Shown: positions 37,949 through 47,415 of the stretch, piece by piece
Layout: the number at the start of each line of letters is the position of its first letter
How positions within the stretch are numbered: position 1 is the stretch's first letter
From: Nitrospirota bacterium
GTDB taxonomy: Bacteria > Nitrospirota > UBA9217
Assembly: GCA_963790205.1 (NCBI GenBank)
Contig: CAWBNQ010000001.1
Coordinates: forward strand, 864,001 to 928,000
Direction of reading: 5' to 3'
Length of the DNA: 64,000 nucleotides
The notes under the pieces: model-generated
Databases searched by the model: none
Seen by the model: the letters and a program-made list of their open reading frames with translations, nothing else
Told to the model about the DNA's origin: nothing
Translations under genes and position numbers: made by a program

Positions 37949-38178
37949 GATAGGTTCCCTCCCCGTGCTGAAAAGATTTGCCGACGTTGGCGCCGGTTTT
38001 TTCGGATGACGGCTATTATAGGGGAGCGTCGAAAGTTTGTCAAAGGCATTTCAAATCAACCTGTGACGCCGTGCTCAAACATTTTCTGGCAACTTCAGGG
38101 GAAAGCGGATAAAATAAATCATCCAATTCGGCTGGATACCGCAAAACTTGCTGCTATAATTTACAAAAGGAGCGGCTT

Positions 38179-39105
38179 ATCAACAACGTCCTGTACTCAT
38201 TCGGGTTGATCATTGCGGCGGGATATGGGTGGCGGTTTTTCAACCCCGGCGGGATCGACCGGCACCGGGCGCGCCATACATTAAGCGTCACCGTGCTTCA
38301 TTTTTTCCTGCCGGCGCTGGCCTTCGGGCTGGTGGCAACAGCCCGGGTCGACAGGAGCTTCATCGCCGTTCCCCTGGCCGCTGCCGCGGTCACCCTGTCG
38401 GGGCTCGCGGCAGGGTTTGCGGCATACAAGCTGCTCCCGTGGTTCAGGACCATCGAGCGGCCGGTGTTCGGGGTGATGGTCCTTGCGGCGACCTTCGGCA
38501 ACGTGACGTATCTCGGGCTTCCGGTCATCACGGAGATGCTCGGCTCGCAGCTCGGCTACGTGGCAATTCTCTATGACCTGCTTGCGGCGACGCCGATACT
38601 CCTTACGGCAGGGGTGTTCATCGCGTCGCGGTACGGAAGCGGGAAAGCGGTCTCGATAACCGCTTCTCTCAAGCGGGTGGTGAAGCTTCCCCCGCTCTGG
38701 GGTGTGGCTGCCGGCATGGCAGTGCACGCGGCCGGTATCGCGGTCCCGCAGATCGTTCTCGATACCGCGTCGCTGATGGGAAAGGCCGTGATCCCGGTCA
38801 TGACTTTCACGGTGGGCTTGGCCCTCGACTTCCGTGATTTGAAGCGGTTGCCGATCGCCGTCCCTGCGCTCGTGCTCAAGCTGGTGGCCGCGCCGGTCCT
38901 GGCCTGGTGGGTGGGTTCGCGGCTCGGCCTGACGCCTGAAGCGCTCAAGGCGGTCACTATCGAGGGCGCCATGCCGGTGATGGTGCTCTCCCTCGTTATC
39001 GCCGACGAGTTTAATCTGGACGTGCCGCTGGCGGCCACGTGCATTGCGGTCTCGACCGTGGCCCTGTTTTTCACGATGCCGGTGATCATGAAAATACTTT
39101 TTTAA
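38179..39105 (+). CDS. AEC (auxin efflux carrier)-family transporter
   Basis: HFFLPALAF, FGNVTYLGLPV, KLPPLW, EGAMPVMV; start uncertain (ATC 38179 behind AGGAG, or TTG 38206). Confidence 0.88.
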   Translation: MNNVLYSFGLIIAAGYGWRFFNPGGIDRHRARHTLSVTVLHFFLPALAFGLVATARVDRSFIAVPLAAAAVTLSGLAAGFAAYKLLPWFRTIERPVFGVMVLAATFGNVTYLGLPVITEMLGSQLGYVAILYDLLAATPILLTAGVFIASRYGSGKAVSITASLKRVVKLPPLWGVAAGMAVHAAGIAVPQIVLDTASLMGKAVIPVMTFTVGLALDFRDLKRLPIAVPALVLKLVAAPVLAWWVGSRLGLTPEALKAVTIEGAMPVMVLSLVIADEFNLDVPLAATCIAVSTVALFFTMPVIMKILF

Positions 39106-39235
39106 TTTTAGCCGCGGAGATGGGGAGCCGGAACTGAAAATGGGAAGATGAGAAGATAGGAAGAGGAAGGCTGTCTTGCAGTATCTTCTTAACGCTCAAC
39201 TTCTCAATTTCACGGCTATCGCAGAGAGGTGTCTT

Positions 39236-39475
39236 ATGAACGACAAACACGAACACGCGGACACACATCACGAACACGGGCACCACAGCCACGGCCAAGA
39301 AGGGCACGAGCACGGCCTGGTGGACGTGACCATCCAGCTCGAGGACGAACATATCCCGGCGCTCGATGAGGTCGCTGCGGAGCTTACCAAGGAGCTGAAG
39401 CAGCCCTGGGACCGCGGGGCCGTTGTGCGGCTTGCCCTGAGCGAGTTCTTCTCGCGCAGAGGGAAGATAACGTAG
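39236..39475 (+). CDS. His-rich N-terminus fused to a ribbon-helix-helix-like domain
   Basis: 10 His in the first 26 aa; VTIQLEDEHIPALDEVA...DRGAVVRLALSEFF RHH-like pattern; RBS GAGGT. Confidence 0.75.
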   Translation: MNDKHEHADTHHEHGHHSHGQEGHEHGLVDVTIQLEDEHIPALDEVAAELTKELKQPWDRGAVVRLALSEFFSRRGKIT

Positions 39476-39557
39476 AACCGCACTGCGAATTGCTTGGTGC
39501 AAAATGCAAAAGTAATGGATTTTAGATTTACCTTCTGCGCGATCACTTGAGGTCCCT

Positions 39558-40433
39558 ATGGCCTATACAATGGTCGGGAACAAGCAGTACCTTATCGATA
39601 TCCACGTGCACGGGGCGGATGATTATGATACCCGTACGAGAAGACAGGATGACGTCCTCCGTATTGCGGACATACACGGCGCGCGGGGCACCTCGGCGTT
39701 CCTTCCCACGGTCTATCCCGGCGCCATCAATGCCATGCGCGAGAACCTGGCGGCGATACACCGCGCCATGAGCGCCCAGCGCCAGGGCGCCGAGATACTG
39801 GGAGTGCACCTTGAGGGGCCCTTCCTGAACCCGGAGCGCGCCGGCGCTCTGGACCGGCAGAGTTTCATCGAGCCGTCACTCGAGACCCTTGAGCGTCTAG
39901 TCGAGGATTTCGAAGACATCATTAAAATCGTCACGGTGGCCCCGGAGCTGCCGGGGGCGCTCAAAGTGATCGAGGCATGCCGAACAAAAGGTTTTCTCGT
40001 GCACATGGGCCACAGCGACGCATCCTTTGAACAGGCCGAGGAAGGAAAGCGCGCCGGCGCCACGGGCATCACGCACCTGTTCAATGCCATGCGCGGTTTC
40101 CACCACCGCGAGCCCGGGCTCGCCGGGTTCGGGCTCATGGACGAGGATATTCACGTCGAAATAATCGCGGACATGGCCCATCTTCATCCGCAGAGCCTCA
40201 AGATGCTTTTTGATATGAAGTCGGCCGACAAGATCATCCTCATATCCGATTCGATCAAGGGGCCGGGCTGGGGCAGCGGGCCCATACGGGGGCCGGGGGG
40301 GACGCTGATGGGCAGCGGCATTGTTCTGGCGGACGCGATTAAAAATCTGATCTCGCTCGGCGTGCCGGCCGACCGCGCGCTTCAGTTCGCGTCGAGCAAT
40401 CCGAGAAAGTACCTGGGGATGACGAACCGGTGA
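39558..40433 (+). CDS. nagA: N-acetylglucosamine-6-phosphate deacetylase (compact form)
   Basis: IDIHVHG, GVHLEGPFLN, TVAPE, MGHSDA, THLFNAM, IIADMAHLHP. Confidence 0.92.
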   Translation: MAYTMVGNKQYLIDIHVHGADDYDTRTRRQDDVLRIADIHGARGTSAFLPTVYPGAINAMRENLAAIHRAMSAQRQGAEILGVHLEGPFLNPERAGALDRQSFIEPSLETLERLVEDFEDIIKIVTVAPELPGALKVIEACRTKGFLVHMGHSDASFEQAEEGKRAGATGITHLFNAMRGFHHREPGLAGFGLMDEDIHVEIIADMAHLHPQSLKMLFDMKSADKIILISDSIKGPGWGSGPIRGPGGTLMGSGIVLADAIKNLISLGVPADRALQFASSNPRKYLGMTNR

Positions 40434-40505
40434 TTTAATGCAGGTCGAGGATGAGGTCCAGATTGAGAAAAGCCTGTGCCTTAACCTCAGCCTCAACCTT
40501 ACACT

Positions 40506-41159
40506 ATGCAACCCATAAGCCTTCTCATATTCGACCTCGACGGCACGCTTGTCGACACACTGGAGGACATCGCAGCTTCCGTGAACCACACGCTTGCGCA
40601 CCTCGGCCGAAACCCCATCAGCCGGGACGCCGTCAGACAGTTCGTGGGGGATGGAATCGAGGCCCTCATGGCCCGTGCGCTGGGCGGAAGATCGGACCTT
40701 CTTCCCGAGGCCGTGAACCTGTATAAGGAGCACCACCGCAAGAACCTCGTTGTTCGATCGGCAGTCTATCCTGCCGTGCGGGAGACGCTTGAACACTTTC
40801 GGGCGCTTCCCATGGCGGTCATCAGCAACAAGACCACGGAGTTCGTGGTGCCCCTCATCGAGCGTCTCAGCATTGCTCACTATTTCAAGATGGTCATCGG
40901 TGCGGATTACGGGCTGCCGCTCAAGCCCGCCCCCGATTCGGTGAAACGGATCATGACCGAATGGGGGGCGCAGAAAGAGCGGACCGCGATCGTGGGCGAC
41001 GGGACCACGGATGTGCGCGCCGGTAAAGCGGCGGGGATCATCACCTGTTCCGTGACCTACGGCTTCCGGTCCGAGGACGAGCTGAGGAAAGCAGGGCCGG
41101 ACTACGTCATTCATTCGCTGCTGGAATTGACAACCCTGTTTGCGCCGGAGGCCCGATAA
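40506..41159 (+). CDS. HAD hydrolase, phosphoglycolate phosphatase-like
   Basis: IFDLDGTLVDT, VISNK, KPAPD, VGDGTTDVRAG. Confidence 0.92.
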   Translation: MQPISLLIFDLDGTLVDTLEDIAASVNHTLAHLGRNPISRDAVRQFVGDGIEALMARALGGRSDLLPEAVNLYKEHHRKNLVVRSAVYPAVRETLEHFRALPMAVISNKTTEFVVPLIERLSIAHYFKMVIGADYGLPLKPAPDSVKRIMTEWGAQKERTAIVGDGTTDVRAGKAAGIITCSVTYGFRSEDELRKAGPDYVIHSLLELTTLFAPEAR

Positions 41160-41323
41160 CCTTTCTTTGAATTTGGCCTTTACTATTCCCGCCTGATTGG
41201 TTAAAATACCCCTTACGCTGAACGCATGTATTGAAAATTGGAAATTTAAAATTGCAACTGCTTGATTGTTTATTTACTTTAAAATTTCCAATCTTCAATG
41301 AATCTTTCATAAAAGGAGTAATC

Positions 41324-42433
41324 ATGTCCCATCCGCAAGCAACGAAGGCGCCCTACGGCCACCCCGCCAGCGCGGGAGCAGAAAAAAAATATCTCCCGCG
41401 GCTGATCGCCTGGGAGGTGACGCGCAGCTGCATTCTGAACTGCGTCCACTGCCGCGCCGCGGCCAAGTTCGGGCCTTATCCGGGCGAGCTTTCTACCGAG
41501 GAATGCTTCCGGTTCCTTGACGACGTCAAGTCCTTCAGCGACCCCATCATCATCCTCACCGGCGGCGAGCCGATGATGCGGCCCGACATCTATGACATCG
41601 CCAAGCACGGCACGAAGCTGGGACTCCGCATGGTCATGGCGCCCTGCGGCCTGCTCGTGACCGAGGAACTTGCCCAAAAGATCAAGGACTCGGGAGTCAT
41701 GCGCGTGTCGCTCTCGATCGACGGCCTGGACGCAAAGAGCCACAACGCTTTCCGCCGCGTGGAAGGCGCCTTCGAGGGCGTGATGAAGGCGATCGAGAAC
41801 TTCAAGAAGGTCGGCCTGGAGTTCCAGGTGAACACTACCATCACGAAACACAATGTTCAGGACCTGCCCAAGCTCCTGGAAATGGTGATCAAGCTCGGCG
41901 CCGTGGCCTACCACCCGTTCCTGCTCGTGCCCACGGGCCGGGGCAAGGAGCTTGCTGACCAGGAGATTCCGCCCGCGGAATACGAGAGCACGCTCAAGTG
42001 GTTCTACGAGATGCGCGACAAGTCGCCGATCCAGTTCAAGCCGACCTGCGCCCCCCATTATTACCGTATCATCCGCCAGGGCGAGAAGGCGAAGGGCAAG
42101 ACCGTCACGCCCGAGTCCCACGGCCTGGACGCCATGACCAAGGGCTGCATGGGCGGCCAGAGTTTTGCTTTCGTGTCGCACGTGGGCAAGGTGCAGATCT
42201 GCGGGTTCCTCGAAGAAGAGGCCGGCGACATCAAGAAAGAGCCCTTCTCGAAGATCTGGAACACGTCGCGGCTTTTTAACGAGATGCGCGACCTCGACCA
42301 CTATCACGGCAAGTGCGGCATCTGCGAATACCGCAGGGTCTGCGGCGGCTGCCGGGCCCGGGCCTTTGCCATCTCCGGCGATTACCTCGCGGCCGAGCCG
42401 TTCTGCACCTACGAGCCGCTCAAGGCGCGATAA
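41324..42433 (+). CDS. ahbD: Radical SAM/SPASM heme b synthase (AhbD-like)
   Basis: AWEVTRSCILNCVHCRA, FLLVPTGRGK, KPTCAPHYYRI, TKGCMGG, GKCGICEYRRVCGGCRARA. Confidence 0.82.
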   Translation: MSHPQATKAPYGHPASAGAEKKYLPRLIAWEVTRSCILNCVHCRAAAKFGPYPGELSTEECFRFLDDVKSFSDPIIILTGGEPMMRPDIYDIAKHGTKLGLRMVMAPCGLLVTEELAQKIKDSGVMRVSLSIDGLDAKSHNAFRRVEGAFEGVMKAIENFKKVGLEFQVNTTITKHNVQDLPKLLEMVIKLGAVAYHPFLLVPTGRGKELADQEIPPAEYESTLKWFYEMRDKSPIQFKPTCAPHYYRIIRQGEKAKGKTVTPESHGLDAMTKGCMGGQSFAFVSHVGKVQICGFLEEEAGDIKKEPFSKIWNTSRLFNEMRDLDHYHGKCGICEYRRVCGGCRARAFAISGDYLAAEPFCTYEPLKAR

Positions 42434-42497
42434 CAGAAGCGCTGCATTGTCCGGGGGATGATGAAGCCGTCATCCCCTTTTTATTTGCACAGAGGAT

Positions 42498-43349
42498 ATG
42501 AGCATGATGAAAAAATCGGAGCTTTCTCTGCAGGTCCTGACCAAGCTCGACCGGCTGCTCGATCATCACGTGGACGTCCTGCCCGGCGCGACGGACTTCA
42601 CCAGGCACCAGGCATACCGCTGGGACGGCCGGAGGAAGGGCCTGCAGCCGATCAAGCGGACCGCGCGTATCGACCACGACGACCTGATCGGGATCGATGC
42701 GGCCAAACAAGAGGTCAATCAAAATACGAGGAACTTCCTCGCCGGCATCCGCGCCAATAATGTACTGCTGTGGGGAGAACGGGGCACGGGCAAGTCATCG
42801 CTTATAAAATCTCTGCTCACGACCTTTGAGGGCACGAACCTCAGGATGGTCCAGGTCTTCAAACACGATCTTTTGACCGTCCTGGAGATGTACGACCTTA
42901 TTTCGGACAACCCGGCCTGCCGCTTCATTTTTTTCATCGACGACCTGTCCTTTGAAGAAGGCCAGACGGACTACCAGGAGATGAAGACCGTCATCGACGG
43001 CGGGCTCGAGGCGGTGCCGGACAACCTCCTCTTCTACGCGACGTCGAACCGCAAGCACCTGGTCCCCACGAAATTCTCGGATAACGAAAGCGACGAAGTC
43101 CGGCCGTCCGATGCGGTGGAGGAAAAGGTGTCTCTCGTCGAACGGTTCGGGCTCCGGTACGGGTTCTATCACTTTTCCCAGGACACCTATCTTGCGATCG
43201 TCGCTTCCTATGCGAAGAGGTACGGTCTCCGCATGAAGAAGGAACGACTCAGCCAACTCGCGCTCCAGTGGGCGCTCCGGGCCGGCGGCAGGAACGGCCG
43301 GATTGCGGAGCAGTTCGCGCGGACCGCGCTCGATGAAATTGCCGGCTGA
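42498..43349 (+). CDS. DUF815-family AAA+ ATPase
   Basis: NNVLLWGERGTGKSS, FIDDLSFE, YATSNRKHL, EEKVSLVERFG. Confidence 0.9.
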   Translation: MSMMKKSELSLQVLTKLDRLLDHHVDVLPGATDFTRHQAYRWDGRRKGLQPIKRTARIDHDDLIGIDAAKQEVNQNTRNFLAGIRANNVLLWGERGTGKSSLIKSLLTTFEGTNLRMVQVFKHDLLTVLEMYDLISDNPACRFIFFIDDLSFEEGQTDYQEMKTVIDGGLEAVPDNLLFYATSNRKHLVPTKFSDNESDEVRPSDAVEEKVSLVERFGLRYGFYHFSQDTYLAIVASYAKRYGLRMKKERLSQLALQWALRAGGRNGRIAEQFARTALDEIAG

Positions 43350-43424
43350 TCGCCGGATTTTGTGCTATCTTTTTCTCAGAGGAATTTATCGACGGTGAAA
43401 TCATATCCAAGAGGAGGGAACGGC

Positions 43425-43898
43425 GTGAAAAAAGTGCTGATAGCGCTGGATGACTCGACAGCCGCCATGCAGGCGGTGGAATACGCGGGGCAGCAGTTTG
43501 GCGGGAATAGCGATATGGAGGTCGGCCTGGTGCACGTGCTGCCGAACCTTCCCGCCATATTCTGGGACGAAGGACATATCCTTTCCGAGGAAGAGAAGAA
43601 GGAGCGGAAGAAGGTCGTGGACAAGTGGATCGTCGACCGGAAGGCGAAGATGGAGCCGGTGTTCCGCAGGGCCGCCGAGGTCCTGGCGAAGAATGGCATA
43701 AAGGCCGGGCAGGTCCGGACCAAGTCTCTTTCCGATTCGACCGACGTGGCCCTGAGCATCCTCGAAGAGGCGAAGGACGCCGGGTATCAGACGATCATTG
43801 TAGGCCGGTGCGACCGTTCTTCAAAGCATCTTCTCGGGAGTGTTTCAGGAAAAATCGTCAATTTAGGCGCGGGAGTTGCCGTGACCGTTGTCGAGTAA
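43425..43898 (+). CDS. Universal stress protein
   Basis: KVLIALDDS, TIIVGR, LLGSVSGK; GTG start behind AGGAGG. Confidence 0.9.
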   Translation: MKKVLIALDDSTAAMQAVEYAGQQFGGNSDMEVGLVHVLPNLPAIFWDEGHILSEEEKKERKKVVDKWIVDRKAKMEPVFRRAAEVLAKNGIKAGQVRTKSLSDSTDVALSILEEAKDAGYQTIIVGRCDRSSKHLLGSVSGKIVNLGAGVAVTVVE

Positions 43899-43921
43899 CA
43901 GGAAAGACGCAACTGTTTATC

Positions 43922-43958
43922 CGGCTGACTTCATTTAAGAAAGAAGTCGGCCTTTTTT
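43922..43958 (+). terminator. Intrinsic terminator after usp
   Basis: GGCTGACTTC-atttaagaaa-GAAGTCGGCC followed by T6. Confidence 0.7.
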
Positions 43959-44759
43959 GTTCCTCCTGTTGTATTCTAAAGGATGGCTGCCCGGAAAAGG
44001 CAGACAGGGAGGAGAGAGCATAGCTTCATCCCTTCATCAATTGATATGAGATATACGGCACGAACTCCCCCTCCGCAGGCTTTTTCCTCAGGCCTCCACA
44101 TAACACAGGTCGTTGTCCCCGTACTGGCCACTCGCCGGGCAGCACGGCTTGCTCTCCGTGGCCTTTGATACCGCTCTTGACGGTCTGGAGCTCGCCGGCC
44201 TCGGGATGAAGCGTTGCCGCACAATCCCGTTCCAGGCCCTCATAACGCTCTTCTGACGCCTCCAGCGGTGCATCCATGTCGTTTTCAGCAAATCGCCGCG
44301 CCTGAACAAACACTTCCCTTCCTAATTCTTTCGAGGGGATTTTTCCTGACGCATACCTCCTTTCGCTTGTTTTTTCTTGTTCATATTAAAAGTATAACAC
44401 TGATCGTCGCAAGGGAAGCAGAGGTGTGGAATAAAATACTCCTTTGATAAGAGTTTTTAAAACCTGCTATTTTGTCCGATCGACTTCGGAAAATGGGTGC
44501 GGCGCCAGGTGTGGACATCGTGGGCAAGCCTGTTGGAACCATCATCGAGGTCCCGGTACTGCTGAAAGGAATCCCCATGGCTCTTCTGTCCATGACAGGG
44601 ACCTCGGGCCCCGCTTCAGCAAGAGGAGACAAGGGGAGTTTTGGACATCATTGAAAAGCTCCCCCCCCTTTTGCAAAGGGAGACAGGTAAATTGTTTTAT
44701 GCCTTGCTTAGGAAAAAAAACCCATCGACAACGCTCATAACTTGTTCGCCCGCTTTTCT

Positions 44760-44788
44760 TGACAAGTGCTGACAAAAAAACTATAGTT
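44760..44788 (+). promoter_or_regulatory. Sigma-70 promoter of the patatin gene
   Basis: TTGACA-N17-TATAGT. Confidence 0.7.
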
Positions 44789-44856
44789 AAACAGCACCGG
44801 AAAAGATCGCTTCTTACGGTCGGGCTCATTCCTTTTTCAGCAAACATCCGGAGTCA

Positions 44857-45654
44857 ATGTCCATGACCTCTTCTCCTGGAAAGCAGCGGCTCGGCCTGGC
44901 CTTGAGCGGCGGCGGTACGCGCGGCCTGGCGCACATAGGCGTACTCCAGGCCTTCGAAGACAGCGGCATCCGGACCGATTATCTTTCAGGCACAAGCATC
45001 GGCGCGTTTGCCGCCGCGCTCTACGCTTTCGGCGTGTCTCTCGAGGAGATCCGCAGGATGGGACAGGGCATGTCGCCGGTCAATGTCTCGAAGCTCAAGC
45101 TCTCGCGCTTTGCCCTGTTTTCGAACGAAGAGCTGGCCCGGCTTATCCAGTCCAAGATCGGCAAGGCCCGGATTGAGGAGGCTCTGATTCCGCTCGCTAT
45201 CATAGCCGTCGACATCGGCACCGGCGAGAAGTTCGTGCTGCGGCAGGGCGAGGTCGCTCCCGCAGTCATGGCGAGCAATGCCGTGCCGGGCATCTACCGG
45301 CCCGTGATCATCGACGGCCGGATGATGGTCGACGGGGGGATCATGGAGGATGTGCCCATATCGCCTCTCCGGCCCATGGGCGCCGACACGGTCGTTGCCG
45401 TGAACTTGAGCGCGGGCCGAAAATACCGGCCGCCTGAAGACATCATCGATATTCTCCTCAATGCCTTCGACATCGCCATCGATGAGGACACCAGGGCGCA
45501 GATCAAGGCGGCCGACGTGCTGATCGAGCCGCAGCTGTCCGATTTCCGCCGCATGGACGTGAGCCAGATCGATGCGCTTATTGCCGAAGGATACCGCGCC
45601 GCGGCAGCGAGCATTGAGAAGATCCGGGCGGCGCTGGCGCGTTCTTCCGAATAG
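44857..45654 (+). CDS. Patatin-like phospholipase
   Basis: LSGGGTRGLAHIG, GTSIGA (GxSxG), VDGG. Confidence 0.95.
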   Translation: MSMTSSPGKQRLGLALSGGGTRGLAHIGVLQAFEDSGIRTDYLSGTSIGAFAAALYAFGVSLEEIRRMGQGMSPVNVSKLKLSRFALFSNEELARLIQSKIGKARIEEALIPLAIIAVDIGTGEKFVLRQGEVAPAVMASNAVPGIYRPVIIDGRMMVDGGIMEDVPISPLRPMGADTVVAVNLSAGRKYRPPEDIIDILLNAFDIAIDEDTRAQIKAADVLIEPQLSDFRRMDVSQIDALIAEGYRAAAASIEKIRAALARSSE

Positions 45655-45955
45655 TGATGCCGCCTCCGGCGCCATGCCGCACCGGTAAAGAAACCGTACT
45701 CCAGGGTCATTCATCCAAGGTCCCCTTTATGTCCCGAGGAGTTTTTCAACAGCCTGCAGAGGCTTTTTTCCTCGATCCCGGCGTCCTCTGCATGAGAACA
45801 AGCATGCTTCAAAAAAACGCCTGCGCTCTGAACTCACAGCTTCTGTCATCATTTTTTAAATTTGCCTTTTGGTCCTTCTTGCACTATCTTTAACCCATTG
45901 CCGGTCCGGAGCTCATGGTCCGCGGGAAGTCCCGGAATTCCGTACGGGGGTGCCT

Positions 45956-46465
45956 ATGAAAACCTGCCAGCGCTTAACCATCCTGGTTGCCGTCGCTGCT
46001 CTGATAGTGTTCGCGGTCTACCTGGTGCGGCACGCGACTGTTCCGCAGAGCGCAAGCATAGCCAAAGAGGGAAACAGGCTTTATGCGTCGCTTGACAAGA
46101 AGCGCATGGCGGACGATCCGGTCTATGCGGGCGAGCTTGAAGACAAGCTGGCCTTGCTGGATTACCGGATGGCTGTCGCCTACAACAACGAAAAAAAACC
46201 TGATAAGGCCATTGCCATTTTGCAGCGCTTGATCAATGACGAAGAGGCCAGGGGAAAAAAGGGCAGCATACCCCGGCGCTCCCGCAGCTATCTGCGTGAG
46301 GCCGACTACTACGAGGCGTTGAAACAGTCCTTCGAGCTCAAGCATGAAGCGGCCGGGGCGAACAAATCGCTGGACCGGTACACGCAGCTCAAGATAAAGG
46401 CCGCGGAGTTGAGAAGGCTTGAAAGCAGGGAAGACGGCAAGTACGTGGGCACGCCCGCGGACTAG
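45956..46465 (+). CDS. Membrane-anchored helical hypothetical protein
   Basis: N-terminal TM segment and a TPR-like YRMAVAY..KKPDKAIAIL segment. Confidence 0.65.
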   Translation: MKTCQRLTILVAVAALIVFAVYLVRHATVPQSASIAKEGNRLYASLDKKRMADDPVYAGELEDKLALLDYRMAVAYNNEKKPDKAIAILQRLINDEEARGKKGSIPRRSRSYLREADYYEALKQSFELKHEAAGANKSLDRYTQLKIKAAELRRLESREDGKYVGTPAD

Positions 46466-46488
46466 CTCCCGCGCGCACATATCACCGC

Positions 46489-47193
46489 ATGCTGACTAAG
46501 AAAAAAACGACCCATGTCATGGGCGTGGACCTCGCGGGCAGTCCCGGGAGAAACACGGGAATCTGCCTGCTCAAGGGTATGACCGTGGCCTCTTTCGCGA
46601 CCCTGCATGCCGATGAGGAAATCTTTGCCTTCATCGACCAGGCACGGCCGGACCTCGTTGCCATCGACGCCCCGCTCAGCCTGCCGCCCGGGAGAAGATC
46701 CATCGAAGAGAGGACCGGTGAGCATTTCCGGCCCTGCGACCGGGAACTTCTGAAGCGCGGCATACGGTTCTTCCCGATCACCCTTGGCCCCATGCGGTCC
46801 CTTACCACGCGCGGCATCAGGCTGAAGGAGACGCTCGTTCAGAGAGGATACGAAGTCATAGAAATATACCCCGGTGCTGCGCAGGACCTCTGGAAAATCG
46901 CGCGAAAGCAGGGCGGCCTCTTGAAACTGCGGCGCGGCCTGGAAAAGCTCGGGCTTAAAAAACTCGCCAAAGACATGAACGGCGATGAACTCGACGCGGC
47001 GACCGGAGCGCTCGTGGGACGGCTGTATCTTAAAGGAGAGGCCGAGGCGCTTGGAACCGTGAGCGAAGGCGCCATTATTGTCCCGAAGCCGGTAAAGCGC
47101 AGACCGCGGACCGGCGGTGTGAAAAGCCGGAAAATCCAGGCAGTGATATCAGCCGGGAAATCAGGCAAAGGCGCACGAAGTAAACGGCGGTGA
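46489..47193 (+). CDS. DUF429-family predicted nuclease (RNase H-like fold)
   Basis: GVDLAG, VAIDAPLSLP, IEIYPGA, DELDA. Confidence 0.85.
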   Translation: MLTKKKTTHVMGVDLAGSPGRNTGICLLKGMTVASFATLHADEEIFAFIDQARPDLVAIDAPLSLPPGRRSIEERTGEHFRPCDRELLKRGIRFFPITLGPMRSLTTRGIRLKETLVQRGYEVIEIYPGAAQDLWKIARKQGGLLKLRRGLEKLGLKKLAKDMNGDELDAATGALVGRLYLKGEAEALGTVSEGAIIVPKPVKRRPRTGGVKSRKIQAVISAGKSGKGARSKRR

Positions 47194-47415
47194 TGCACGA
47201 CGAATACTTCACCCTCCCTTTGATCCCCTCCCATCTAGAGAGGGACAAAAATTAAGAACAGATACCCGCGGACGCCTATACGAACCTTCGTTTGCGCAGG
47301 GAGGATCATTCTGCGGTCCGGGCGCCGGGGCATCTTCCGGGTATTGACACCCGCCCGCCCCTGTGTTACCGTGAGGGCGCTGCTCAATCCCTCAGTGCAT
47401 TTTTTCGGAGAGTCA

